Shown piece after piece: positions 47,945 through 58,258 of a stretch of 64,000 nt of DNA. The position numbers and the translations under genes were made by a program. The DNA is taken from the NCBI RefSeq assembly GCF_000328665.1, contig NC_019977.1, positions 1,178,001-1,242,000 of the forward strand. The letters run 5' to 3'. Position 1 is the stretch's first letter; each line of letters starts with the position of its first letter. Source of the DNA: Methanomethylovorans hollandica DSM 15978 (lineage in GTDB: Archaea; Halobacteriota; Methanosarcinia; Methanosarcinales; Methanosarcinaceae). The notes under the pieces were generated by a model, which saw only the letters and a program-made list of their open reading frames with translations, was not told where the DNA came from and ran no database searches.

Positions 47945-48406
47945 TCATTCCTTTGCCCACTTTTTGATATCCTCCTGCTGCTCAGTGGACATTCCATACC
48001 ATACTATGTATGCAGCGGGACTCAACCAATCTTCTCCATTCCACCACTTAGAATATTTCTCCTGATACAATTCAGATAATATATATTGTTCAGGAGTCTG
48101 TATACTGTGCAGCAATGAGATGTTGTGTTCACAGTCGAACAATGAGCACAATACTCTGATTGCTGATTGCTGAATTGTGCTAATATTGATGTAGTGCTCC
48201 CTCACTAGATCTACAAGTTGATCCAGCCGGGGTAACCAGGTGCATGAAGTGACCACCACCACTTTTGCCAATTCTGGCAAAGCGGGGAGTGTAACCACGT
48301 TCCCATCTAATTTGTGGAATACAAAGTCACCTTCGCTCGGCTTCCATCTCTCTTGCAATTCCTGTGCTTGTCTGCACATTGTGATATATTCAGTAGACGT
48401 GTCCAT
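47945..48406 (-). CDS. Conserved phage hypothetical protein
   Basis: 'YITMCRQAQELQERWKP..GD', 'WLPRLDQL', 'KWWNGEDW'. Confidence 0.65.
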   Translation of the reverse strand: MDTSTEYITMCRQAQELQERWKPSEGDFVFHKLDGNVVTLPALPELAKVVVVTSCTWLPRLDQLVDLVREHYINISTIQQSAIRVLCSLFDCEHNISLLHSIQTPEQYILSELYQEKYSKWWNGEDWLSPAAYIVWYGMSTEQQEDIKKWAKE

Positions 48407-48600
48407 TATTCAGACTCCTCCTGCTCATTGGTCCTCCTCAACTCTTTTATTTTGTTTTGGATGGTTCCCCTAGATAGGGGTATTCCTCTGAGATTATAAT
48501 ACTCAACAATCTCCACTTGATTATACCCCTCATCGAGTAGGGTTCGCAGGGATTTTAGATCATCATGTAGGGGGATATCAATAGAGGGGCGGGGCATCAA
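48406..48600 (-). CDS. HTH protein (excisionase candidate)
   Basis: 'GYNQVEIVEYYNLRGIPLSRGTIQNKIKE'; near the integrase. Confidence 0.55.
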   Translation of the reverse strand: MMPRPSIDIPLHDDLKSLRTLLDEGYNQVEIVEYYNLRGIPLSRGTIQNKIKELRRTNEQEESE

Positions 48601-48633
48601 TCCTCACCTCTTTGACACTGCATTTGTATCTCC

Positions 48634-48870
48634 TTATTCCCTCCAATCCTTAGGAATAAGGATTCTCGCTGTCCTCTTGGCCGCAAGTTCCGCGCGGAAC
48701 TTACTTGCTTCTGCTCCTGTCTCCACATGGAGACCGAGACAGTCGGTATAATGGACTGACCACACGTACCTAGAACCCATCCTAGATACGCGTTTTTCAA
48801 TATAACTGTTGTCCGGCCATACACTGTGTCCAACGTTACTTACTTCTATCATCATTTTCTTCACCTTCAT
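48634..48870 (-). CDS. Proviral hypothetical protein
   Basis: First ORF after a TATA-like CTATATAT at ~48907-48914 on the minus strand. Confidence 0.45.
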   Translation of the reverse strand: MKVKKMMIEVSNVGHSVWPDNSYIEKRVSRMGSRYVWSVHYTDCLGLHVETGAEASKFRAELAAKRTARILIPKDWRE

Positions 48871-48925
48871 ATTCCCGTACTACAATTACTAATAGGTGCT
48901 AATTACATATATAGTTTTTGGCACA

Positions 48926-50152
48926 TTACTTGCTCTTTCTTAGCTTAGCTTGTGTGATAATATCCCTCACTTCTACCCATGCTTTGAGGGCATGTATTTC
49001 TCTTTCGAGCCTCTCAACCTCACTTAATGCCATATCTACCTTAAGTGAGTCCTTCCCTTTTGTAGCTGCATAGGCTTGATTCTCATCCTTCATCCTTTGA
49101 TATTCCTCTGAGCTTTCGAGGTCTACGGCTTCCTGTATCGTAAGTGCTGGCACGTACTGTATGTAGAGATCCCGCAGCTTGTCGGGCGATGCCCTAAAAT
49201 ATGCTGTTCGTGTAGCGTCTAATGTGTGGCCCATAAAATACTCTGCTATCATCGAGTCACAGCCTGCGTTAATCAGAGCAGAGTAAAAGACCTTGCGCAT
49301 GTTATGAGAGCGGATGAGCCCCCACTGGCCCGCTCCTTTCTTACTCTCAATGATATGCTGCATCTCCCTATACACTTCTGCAAAAGAAGTGCGGCTATAC
49401 TTGCGCAGCTCTTCATCCTGCGTCTCAAGATATGCTGCAGGTATATGTCCCTTGACAAAGAGGTATCCGTCATCAGTTGTCCGTCTCTTTTGATATGCTG
49501 CGACTACATCTTTGTTTTTGGAGATAGGCGGCACGTCTCTCCACGCTAGGTACTGTTGTACTGCTCTGGAAGCCTCCGGGCTTAAGAAAGTAACATGATC
49601 GTACTGAGCCTTTTCTCTCCTGATATATAGCATAGCGAGCCCGGTCTCCGAGTCGTACCCTTCTCTGAACTGCGATATTTTGAGGTTAGTTATTTCATTA
49701 GCACCTAACCCAGAGCTACAGCCTACCAGGAGAAGAGCCCGTTCCAGTGGGCCCACAACCTCAAGGACTTTTCTTATATCCTCTATACTAGGGATCTTTG
49801 TATGCTCTTCCCTGGGAGCAGCTCTTTTGAGCTTGCCTACATTGACATTGATATCAAAAGTATTGTAGAAAGAGCGCATTACATCTATGAATTTTCTTAC
49901 AGTCTTAGGCGCTTTGCCCTGCTCTTCCAGGTACTCTTTGTACCTCAGCAATTCTGCTCTATGGGTCTGGAGCCTACGCTGTAAGTTTCGCTCTCTCTCT
50001 GCTTCCTCTAGCATCTCGCTAGGTGTTTTCTGGGTCCATCTGCAATACTGTAATAGGATCTGACAATATGAAGCCCATGTTGTAGGGGCGGGGGAAATAG
50101 ACCGCTTCCATTCCTGCACAGCTAGATCTTCGGCTAGTTCGGCTTTATCCAT
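48926..50152 (-). CDS. Tyrosine recombinase/integrase
   Basis: SAM-like N-domain; 'REKA', 'HNMRK', 'MGH', 'AY' catalytic motifs. The first catalytic Arg position reads 'SSGLGANE', as in some archaeal integrases. Confidence 0.85.
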   Translation of the reverse strand: MDKAELAEDLAVQEWKRSISPAPTTWASYCQILLQYCRWTQKTPSEMLEEAERERNLQRRLQTHRAELLRYKEYLEEQGKAPKTVRKFIDVMRSFYNTFDINVNVGKLKRAAPREEHTKIPSIEDIRKVLEVVGPLERALLLVGCSSGLGANEITNLKISQFREGYDSETGLAMLYIRREKAQYDHVTFLSPEASRAVQQYLAWRDVPPISKNKDVVAAYQKRRTTDDGYLFVKGHIPAAYLETQDEELRKYSRTSFAEVYREMQHIIESKKGAGQWGLIRSHNMRKVFYSALINAGCDSMIAEYFMGHTLDATRTAYFRASPDKLRDLYIQYVPALTIQEAVDLESSEEYQRMKDENQAYAATKGKDSLKVDMALSEVERLEREIHALKAWVEVRDIITQAKLRKSK

Positions 50153-50480
50153 ACCAAAAAAGAAAGCGTATTATGATAAGTAAGTTCTGGTATTCAGAAA
50201 GATTATGACCCCTTTTCTCATGGTAATGCATACTGCTTTTAGAGTATATACGTTTTACTTTAATTTGTTTGGTTCTAAAGCTCAAATTTTTATATTCAAA
50301 CTTATCATTATGATAATTTCTATATGTACTGTATAGGATATATTTATATGCTGAAACAACAAAGAATAGCTTGCAGAGCACCTATAAAGTGGCTAATGAT
50401 ACAAAAAAGATATTGGATTGATCGTTGCAACAGTGGTATGATAAACAAAAATCATTTATAAAAAACGAGAGGTGGTATAA

Positions 50481-50564
50481 ATGATAGCGAGGACAATCAA
50501 GCTAGGAGTATACGGCTGTATAATTGCTGCAGCGGTAGTCTATGCTCAGTTCAACAACAAGTAA
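50481..50564 (+). CDS. 27-aa hydrophobic peptide
   Basis: SD GAGGTGG; MIARTIKLGVYGCIIAAAVVYAQFNNK. Confidence 0.4.
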   Translation: MIARTIKLGVYGCIIAAAVVYAQFNNK

Positions 50565-50720
50565 TGTGATGGCGGGCAGGGAATCATAATACTTTTTATA
50601 ATACTTTTTAAAAAAGATATTTGTCAGGAACATTGACTTTTCTGCTATTTTTTCTACAATCTCTTACTAGAAATTCTAAAGATCGTTTATAGAATTTATT
50701 TAATTTTGTCCTTTATGAAA

Positions 50721-50737
50721 ATAAGTCAATATGATAC
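50721..50737 (+). repeat. Candidate attR (ATAAGTCAaTATgATAC)
   Basis: Matches 14866-14882; lies between the integrase and larB. Confidence 0.55.
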
Positions 50738-50781
50738 TGGGAAAGCATCTTAAACTTTTACTACAATATCCGAGTGTGAAC

Positions 50782-51576
50782 ATGGACCTCAAAGATATCC
50801 TGCTTAAAATAAAGAACAACGAAACAGACCTTGATGCTGCGGAGTCTCTTATACGCGGCATGGGTTATGTACCGGTTTCCGATATTGCAAAGATAGATGT
50901 TTGTCGCAGCCAGCGCACCGGGATCATGGAAGCCATCCTTGCGGAGGGCAAGGAACCTGAAGACGTGGTCAAAATAGCAAAAGCCCATGTAGATGCATGT
51001 GGCAGGGCGCTTATAACACGTCTTAATGAGACAAATGTAAAGTTACTGGAAGCTGCCATCGGGCCTGAACAGCTGGAATGGGGGAAATACAAAAAGACAG
51101 TAGTGGTGCACAATGGCACACCTGTTTCAAAAACAGGAGGTGTAGTGGCAATAATTTCTGCAGGGACGGCTGATATCACAGTTGCTGAAGAAGCCCGCAT
51201 AGTAGCTTCTGAAATGGGGTGTGAGACGATCGCGATCTATGATGTTGGAGTTGCCGGTTTTCACAGGCTTGTCGGTGAGATGTCCAAGCTGCAGTCACAT
51301 AAGCCGGATTCCATAGTGGTAGCTGCTGGCAGGGAAGGCACACTACCTACAGTTGTGTCGGGTCTTGTGGACGTGCCTGTGATCGGTGTGCCTGTATCAA
51401 CTGGTTATGGGGCAGGCGCTAAGGGTGAGGCTGCACTCCTTTCAATGTTGCAGTCATGCTCTGTACTTGCGGTCGTGAACATCGACGCAGGGTTCGTTGC
51501 AGGAGCTTTTGCTGCAAGGATAGCCAATAGTGTTGCAAGGGCCCGTGACGGGAAAAACAGGGAGACACAGTCATGA
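50782..51576 (+). CDS. larB: Nickel pincer cofactor biosynthesis protein LarB
   Basis: 'SAGTADI.VAEEA', 'YDVGVAGFHRL', 'GREGTLP', 'VPVSTGYG', 'VVNIDAGF'. Confidence 0.9.
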   Translation: MDLKDILLKIKNNETDLDAAESLIRGMGYVPVSDIAKIDVCRSQRTGIMEAILAEGKEPEDVVKIAKAHVDACGRALITRLNETNVKLLEAAIGPEQLEWGKYKKTVVVHNGTPVSKTGGVVAIISAGTADITVAEEARIVASEMGCETIAIYDVGVAGFHRLVGEMSKLQSHKPDSIVVAAGREGTLPTVVSGLVDVPVIGVPVSTGYGAGAKGEAALLSMLQSCSVLAVVNIDAGFVAGAFAARIANSVARARDGKNRETQS

Positions 51577-52772
51577 GGACGCTCATTTTTGATGCTTTTT
51601 CAGGTGCATCTGGGGATATGATCCTTGGAACCCTCATTGCTCTGGGAGCTGACAGAGAAAAGATAAGTAAAATCATAGAATCTGCAGTGGACGTATCAGT
51701 AAGGATAGGTGAAGCCAAGAAAAGAGGTATTTCTGCAGTGGATGTACACATAGACGCAGCACACGAGGAACATGCACGCCACTATGATGATCTGGTGGAC
51801 ATTGTGATAAATGCCGGTCTGCCACCCAGAGTTGAACATAGTGCACTGGCAGTTTTCGATCTTATGGCAAAAGCCGAATCGAAAGTACATGGCATATCCC
51901 TTGATGAACTGCACTTTCATGAGGTCGGCCAGAACGATGCTTTAGCTGATGTAATAGGTTCCTGTTATGCAATGCACGAAATAGATGCTGATGCAATTTT
52001 CTGTCTACCTATTAATGTAGGGGGGGGCAGGGTTAAGGCCGCCCATGGTTCCATGCCTGTACCAGCTCCTGCCACCCTTGAGATCCTGCAACTCACGGGT
52101 CTGTCATTCTATGGTTCAGGGAACAGGGAACTTCTTACACCCACAGGAGCTGCCATCCTGGGTCACTTTGCCCTTCCCCTTGAAAATTTTCCCAGGGGAA
52201 AGATCCTGTCTGTAGGTTACGGTGCAGGAGATGCTGATACCGAAGATCCTAATGTGCTGCGTAGCACTCTCATAAATACAGAGGATGACCTCTCCAGAGA
52301 TTCCATTGAGGTACTGGAAACAAATGTGGACGATGTCACCGGAGAAGTGCTGGGTAACCTGTTCGAGAAATTACTTTCAATGGGAGCCAGGGACGTTGCC
52401 ATTATCCCTGCTACCATGAAAAAAGGACGTACCGGACATATTATAAAAGTAATTACAAAACCTGAGCATAGTGCTACTCTAGCACGGGAAATCATGAGGG
52501 AAACCGGTACTCTGGGGATCCGTGTGATCCCTACCAGACATCGTTATACTGCCGACAGGCGCATGGAAAGCGTAAGTGTCCTTATAAGGGGAAATGCATA
52601 CGATATGCCCGTGAAGATAGCTGAGGACCATAATGGTGTGATCTTGCATATTTCTGCAGAGTATGAAGATTGCAAGCGAGTTGCCAAAGAAACTGATCTG
52701 CCTCTGAAGGACGTTATAAGAAAAGTTGAAGAAGAAGCATGGAATAAACATGGACCTGCTGATCTGTTGTAA
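51573..52772 (+). CDS. larC: Nickel insertion protein LarC
   Basis: 'GASGDMILG', 'HFHEVG', 'ELLTPTGAAIL', 'LETNVDD', 'MKKGR', 'EYEDCK'. Confidence 0.95.
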   Translation: MRTLIFDAFSGASGDMILGTLIALGADREKISKIIESAVDVSVRIGEAKKRGISAVDVHIDAAHEEHARHYDDLVDIVINAGLPPRVEHSALAVFDLMAKAESKVHGISLDELHFHEVGQNDALADVIGSCYAMHEIDADAIFCLPINVGGGRVKAAHGSMPVPAPATLEILQLTGLSFYGSGNRELLTPTGAAILGHFALPLENFPRGKILSVGYGAGDADTEDPNVLRSTLINTEDDLSRDSIEVLETNVDDVTGEVLGNLFEKLLSMGARDVAIIPATMKKGRTGHIIKVITKPEHSATLAREIMRETGTLGIRVIPTRHRYTADRRMESVSVLIRGNAYDMPVKIAEDHNGVILHISAEYEDCKRVAKETDLPLKDVIRKVEEEAWNKHGPADLL

Positions 52773-52996
52773 ATAGTCTACGATTATTTATTAAAATTAT
52801 TGACTGCCCTTATATAGATGCAAGAGTAATTGAAGAAGACGAGATACAAAGGATACAGAACCTTGCAAAGATGAAAAAAGTCCAGATGTATGCCTTTCAT
52901 CGCAGGAATTAGGGCTGATAGTTTTCAGTCAGCCTTTGCATACTTAATTTTCTGTTTTTGAATTGCATGCTTTACGAGGAATGTCGGGTTTTGCTT

Positions 52997-53944
52997 TTAC
53001 TCTTGTTTTAACAAACAACTGGAATCGATTTCTGCAGTATTGAGTTGCTTCTTTGATTTATAGAAGAAATAGATCACTATGAAGAATGTTGCCATTGGCG
53101 ACAGATACGAAGGTATATGATATCCGAAACCATCCATGATCATGAACATGCCCAGGAACAATATAGAATACATTGCTCCGTTCTTCAGATACATGTATTT
53201 CTGGATCCTATCGATATTGCCTATTGTCAGTTCTCTGACTACAAAAGCTCCGAGTCCGTTTCCAAGAATTATTAATGGCACTGAGAGAGTGAATGCAAAT
53301 GCTCCGATGACACCATCTATAGAAAAAGTTGCGTCTATGATCTCCAGATAGAATATCTTGCTCATATCTGACATATTTTTTTGGACGAGATCTTTTTCAC
53401 TTTTTTCCGCATTCTCCTTGAATCCATGAGTAATGAAAAAAGCAGTTGAGCCAATTACTGCACTGAAAGCGATAAGATAGTTTATTTTCAGACTATACCA
53501 CACAATAACGGATAGTATTATTGACACGATAGCAAAGAACCAGACACCTTTTTTCATAAAATAAGGTTCTCCACATATCCCAAAATTCTTCTTTTCCAGG
53601 AACAGCCAGTGCAAGAACAGGAACAGCAGGAATACTCCGCCACCCATCAACAAAGCAGGAGCTGCGGTTTCAATTGCTTCTATTACTTTAGGATCATTGC
53701 TGAATGTCGCAGTAAGGGCACCAATTGGTCCTAGGGAAGGTGTACTTACCCATACGATAACCCATGGTAAAAGTCCGCGGATCACAAAAACCGCAAAGAA
53801 TAGTCCCCATATCAAAAACCATCTGCGTGCTTTCTCCCCCATGGTAGACAGCACCTGAGCATTGATGATGGCATTATCGATACTGCTGATAGTTTCAAAT
53901 AAGCATAAACCACCGACTATCATGATCATTGATAGGAGATCCAT
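52997..53944 (-). CDS. DUF475 (TerC-like) membrane protein
   Basis: 'SIDNAIINA', 'YLEIIDATFSIDGVIGAFA'. Confidence 0.85.
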   Translation of the reverse strand: MDLLSMIMIVGGLCLFETISSIDNAIINAQVLSTMGEKARRWFLIWGLFFAVFVIRGLLPWVIVWVSTPSLGPIGALTATFSNDPKVIEAIETAAPALLMGGGVFLLFLFLHWLFLEKKNFGICGEPYFMKKGVWFFAIVSIILSVIVWYSLKINYLIAFSAVIGSTAFFITHGFKENAEKSEKDLVQKNMSDMSKIFYLEIIDATFSIDGVIGAFAFTLSVPLIILGNGLGAFVVRELTIGNIDRIQKYMYLKNGAMYSILFLGMFMIMDGFGYHIPSYLSPMATFFIVIYFFYKSKKQLNTAEIDSSCLLKQE

Positions 53945-54311
53945 AGCACGCCTCTATTTTGGACATAAAATAAAATTCGGGATATACAATAAACGTTTCT
54001 GCACTTATACTATAGTTCTAGTATTTATACTGAATGGGGTGTATAGAAGAAACAGTTTAAAATATAGGAAAAGCAAAACTGAAAAAACGTGATGTAGGGA
54101 CAGATAAATAAAAAACAGATTTTGTAAAATTCCTCTCTCTCATATAAGGTAGGCAAATCCACGCGAGGATTACTTTAATGATTTGCGATCATTTAATCAA
54201 AATGTTCATATACTTGTTGTAGGATATGCCATGCAGTCATTTTATTAGGCACAGGTACAAAAAAAATTTCTCAACACACTTCTATTCTAATTTTTTTATT
54301 TTTAATAGATA

Positions 54312-56150
54312 TTGCTAAATCAAGTTGATGGGATTATTGTGTTTAACAAAAGGGATCTCGGAGGGATTATTAAATCCACTGGACTTGTCTTTGGTGATAT
54401 TGGTACAAGTCCTATTTACACGCTTACGGTTATCTTTCTTCTTACAGCCGTTACACCTGCTAATGTAATAGGAGTTCTGTCTTTAATTGTCTGGACACTT
54501 GTGATACTTGTAACCATCGAATATTCCTGGCTTGCTATGAACCTTGGAAAAAAAGGTGAAGGAGGAACTATTGTACTTAAAGAACTCCTTGTTCCTCTAC
54601 TAAAGCCAGGTAGAAAAGTAGTGATAGTCACAATATTATCATATATTGGTATCTCATTCCTTGTTGGTGATGGCATAATAACACCTGCTATCAGTATACT
54701 CAGTGCAGTAGAGGGTATACGGATTATTCAAGGTTTTGAATCCATCAAACAAGAGACTTTGATGCTGATTGCCGGAGTGATTGCAATATGTCTTTTTTCT
54801 TTCCAGAAAAAGGGAACTGAAAAGATAGCATGGATATTCGGGCCTTTGATGGTTCTATGGTTTTTAGCTATTGCTCTCTCGGGTATTGTCTCTATTTTTT
54901 ACACACCATCCGTTCTTAAAGCCATAAATCCATATTATGCTATAAATTTCCTGTTACATCATGGATGGGCAGGATTCTTCGTATTATCTGAAGTTATCCT
55001 GTGTGCAACCGGCGGTGAGGCATTATACGCCGACATGGGTCATCTTGGCAGAGAACCGATTCTAAAAGCCTGGAGATTAGTTTTTGTTGCACTGTTATTG
55101 TCTTACCTTGGACAAGGAGCATTCCTGATCAGAAATCCAGACTCCCATAACATACTGTATGAGATGATATTTCAACAGGCACATTTTTTGTATGTGCCTT
55201 TCTTTATCCTTAGCATCATGGCTACGGTGATAGCTTCCCAGGCTATGATCAGCGGCATGTTTTCAATAGCATATCAGGCAATAACTACCAGAATTGCACC
55301 ACTTTTTAAAATAGAATATACTTCGGATGTAATTAAATCGCAGATCTATATCAGTTTTGTGAATTGGTTGCTTCTTATTGCTGTACTGTTTGCGATACTT
55401 GAGTTTAAGGAATCCAGCAGACTTGCTGCTGCATATGGATTGACTGTTACAGGCACAATGGTAATCACAGGCATAATGATGACCTTTATATTTTACTTCA
55501 AAAAACAAGTAGTAAAAACCATTATCTCTATGTGTGTAACATCTGTTGCAATGATTTTTCTCATTTCCAACTCGTACAAATTATCCCATGGAGGTTATTG
55601 GTCTCTTTTAATTGCGCTTTTTTGTCTGAGCATGATTCTAATTTATACGAATGGACAACAAAAACTTTATAAGTCTTTATCCCCCATGGACATAAATGTT
55701 TTTCTTAAAAAATATAACCTGGCATATCATTTTACAAACAAAATAGAGGGAACAGCCCTCTTTTTTGCCAGGAGCATAAGTAATATTCCCCAGTATATTA
55801 CACATACTATGTTAGATAATGGGATAGTCTATAAAGATAATATTCTTGTTACTATTGTCATACTTGACAATCCTTTTGGTGTAGCAAGTTTGTTCAAGGA
55901 AAAACTTGCGGATGGATTGAGAACATTTGAAATAACAATGGGATATATGGAAGTGATAGACCTTTCAGAGATATTAAAAACTGCGGGAATAGATGAAAAA
56001 ACAATATTCTACGGAGTTGAAGATATCGTAACTGATAATCCTGCGTGGAAAATATTCTCCATTATGAAAAAAATGTCGCCTTCTTTTGTGCAATTCCATG
56101 AACTCTCCCCAGATAAAATTCATGGTGTTGTCACGAGAGTAGAAATGTGA
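54312..56150 (+). CDS. kup: KUP/HAK potassium transporter
   Basis: 'VFGDIGTSPIY', 'GEGG', 'GDGIITPAIS', 'TGGEALYADMGH'. Confidence 0.95.
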   Translation: MLNQVDGIIVFNKRDLGGIIKSTGLVFGDIGTSPIYTLTVIFLLTAVTPANVIGVLSLIVWTLVILVTIEYSWLAMNLGKKGEGGTIVLKELLVPLLKPGRKVVIVTILSYIGISFLVGDGIITPAISILSAVEGIRIIQGFESIKQETLMLIAGVIAICLFSFQKKGTEKIAWIFGPLMVLWFLAIALSGIVSIFYTPSVLKAINPYYAINFLLHHGWAGFFVLSEVILCATGGEALYADMGHLGREPILKAWRLVFVALLLSYLGQGAFLIRNPDSHNILYEMIFQQAHFLYVPFFILSIMATVIASQAMISGMFSIAYQAITTRIAPLFKIEYTSDVIKSQIYISFVNWLLLIAVLFAILEFKESSRLAAAYGLTVTGTMVITGIMMTFIFYFKKQVVKTIISMCVTSVAMIFLISNSYKLSHGGYWSLLIALFCLSMILIYTNGQQKLYKSLSPMDINVFLKKYNLAYHFTNKIEGTALFFARSISNIPQYITHTMLDNGIVYKDNILVTIVILDNPFGVASLFKEKLADGLRTFEITMGYMEVIDLSEILKTAGIDEKTIFYGVEDIVTDNPAWKIFSIMKKMSPSFVQFHELSPDKIHGVVTRVEM

Positions 56151-56228
56151 AATTGTCAGACTAGAGTTCTCCGCTTGCTCAGCTTTGCCTTGCAATGCTC
56201 GCACCTTAAGCCTTCTATCGTGGCTGGG
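56151..56228 (+). repeat. 78-nt intergenic repeat, copy A
   Basis: 64/78 ungapped identity to 58129-58206. Confidence 0.75.
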
Positions 56229-56427
56229 GCACCGACACGCTCTTTTGAGCGTATCCGTGCTGGGATAGTATGAATCAACTTGCCTTGATGCATCAATACA
56301 TATATGCACTTATCGGATCAAATACGTCTGGTAGCCTTTGGCAAAAAATATAGGTGCAACATTACTTTGTTGATATAAAAATCCTACTGTATTATATATT
56401 ACCGCGTCATTTTCTTAAGAGATACCG

Positions 56428-57303
56428 ATGGATACACGCTACAGAAAAATCCGAAACATAATGATTCTTATTTTGTTTCTCAATCTGGCAGTTTCGGTTG
56501 CTAAGATCAGCTATGGAATGCTGACAAATACGTTAAGTATGCAATCCGATGGTTATCATTCTTTATTCGATGGTGTTTCCAATATAGTAGGTTTAGTTGG
56601 TATTCAAGTAGCCTCCAAGCCACCAGATGCAGAACATCCATACGGACACCGCAAGTTTGAAACATTAGCTTCCGTTTTTATTGCAGTGCTGCTTATATCC
56701 GTGGCTCTTAAAATAGTAAGTTCTGCATTTTCCAGGTTTGGCAGCAGTGATGTTCCTGAAGTTACTTTGATAAGCTTCTTGATAATGATAGGAACAATGA
56801 TGGTCAATTACTTTGTCACAACCTATGAGTATAGAAGCGGAAAGAAACTTCAAAGTGAAGTGCTTATTGCCGATTCGATGCACACTAAAAGTGATATATA
56901 TGTTTCTCTCTCTGTAATCATTGGGCTCATTGCTATCAAAGCAGGCTTCCCAATAATCGACCCTTTGATTTCTGTTGTCATTGCAGGAGTGATCATACGC
57001 GCAGGTTACTCTATCGTCATACAAAGTGCATCTGTGCTATGTGACCAGTCACAGCTTGACCCCGGGGAAATATGTAAGGTAGCCTATTCAATAAAAGGGG
57101 TTTTGGAGTGTACAACTATACGAACGAGAGGAGTAGCAGGTAACATATTTATGGATATGAGAATAGGAGTCCGGCATGACCTCTCTATTGTCGAATCAGA
57201 TTTAATTGCCCACCAAGTTGAAGACAAATTGAAAGAACGTTTCGATGGAGTACAAGATGTAGTCATTCACATAGAGCCCGTTTCAATCGAGCCTGCATCT
57301 TAA
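56428..57303 (+). CDS. Cation diffusion facilitator (FieF-like)
   Basis: 'SDGYHSLFD', 'PPDAEHPYGHRKFE', 'ADSMHTKSD', 'IHIEP'. Confidence 0.95.
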   Translation: MDTRYRKIRNIMILILFLNLAVSVAKISYGMLTNTLSMQSDGYHSLFDGVSNIVGLVGIQVASKPPDAEHPYGHRKFETLASVFIAVLLISVALKIVSSAFSRFGSSDVPEVTLISFLIMIGTMMVNYFVTTYEYRSGKKLQSEVLIADSMHTKSDIYVSLSVIIGLIAIKAGFPIIDPLISVVIAGVIIRAGYSIVIQSASVLCDQSQLDPGEICKVAYSIKGVLECTTIRTRGVAGNIFMDMRIGVRHDLSIVESDLIAHQVEDKLKERFDGVQDVVIHIEPVSIEPAS

Positions 57304-57525
57304 AGGAAAAAGCATATCAGTACATCTCAGACCATGAATCATAGCTGTATTTGCAGTTGATGCTTCGTTTGCTGTCGGCGATTGGACGACAACGCCTATG
57401 CTTAATGAAACAAGATCAGAGTATACAATGAATCAGGTACGCCAAGGTTAATGCGTTGTTTAAAAGAAGAGTTACACAGTGCACTTAAATATTGTGTGAC
57501 ACCTAATTAATAATAATAGGGAAGG

Positions 57526-58101
57526 TTGGTGATAGATGTGAACTATAAACTAATTATTATATTGTTCTTAACGGTAGTAGTTTTGATCGGGGCGCCTATG
57601 GTGGCAGCAAAATCCAGCTACTTGACATCTTTCAATCAGAATTATAATACCGCCGGCACAAAGCTTGATTCATGCAATACCTGTCATATTGCGGGAGAGT
57701 CTCTAAACCCTTATGGCAGGGCATCTTCAGCAAATGGAAGAAACTTTGCAGCGATAGAGACTCTTGACTCGGATAATGATGGATTCACTAATACAGAGGA
57801 GATCAATGCTTTGACATTTCCGGGAAATCCCGATGATTATCCACAAACCACACCTGTAATGCCAGGTGCAACGACTCCTAACATAACTCAGGAACAGACG
57901 GTTACTGAAGTGCCGATGAGCAATATAACTTTGGAGAAACCAACTGCTGAAGTTCCAGCGAACAACACGGCTCAGGAAAAACCAACTACTCAGATACCAG
58001 TAAGTAATATAACTGAGACACCCAAGTCTCCGGGATTTGAATCAATGTTTGCATTTGTAGGATTCTTTATTATTGTAGGTCTTCATAGAAAGTATGCCTG
58101 A
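57526..58101 (+). CDS. PGF-CTERM surface protein with a CxxCH motif
   Basis: Signal peptide, 'SCNTCH', 'DSDNDGFTN.EEI', Thr/Pro linker, 'SPGF' plus TM plus basic tail. Confidence 0.8.
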   Translation: MVIDVNYKLIIILFLTVVVLIGAPMVAAKSSYLTSFNQNYNTAGTKLDSCNTCHIAGESLNPYGRASSANGRNFAAIETLDSDNDGFTNTEEINALTFPGNPDDYPQTTPVMPGATTPNITQEQTVTEVPMSNITLEKPTAEVPANNTAQEKPTTQIPVSNITETPKSPGFESMFAFVGFFIIVGLHRKYA

Positions 58102-58128
58102 AAACCAATATCTTATAGATGGTTTGTT

Positions 58129-58206
58129 AATTGTCGGGCTGCCCTTCACCGCTTGCTCAGCTTTGTCTCGCAATGCTCTAACTTTAAGCCCTCTATCGTG
58201 GATGGG
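58129..58206 (+). repeat. 78-nt intergenic repeat, copy B
   Basis: See copy A. Confidence 0.75.
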
Positions 58207-58258
58207 AATGGGTCAAAGCTGGAACAAAGTAAAAAAAGATCAATACGATATCTTGTCT

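Larger units (their letters stand above)
14866..50728. mobile_element. Provirus (tailed, siphovirus-like Caudoviricetes), ~35.9 kb
   Basis: Terminase, portal, MuF, protease, capsid, tail tube, tape measure and tyrosine integrase present; no sheath gene recognised; boundary repeat ATAAGTCA. Confidence 0.9.
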
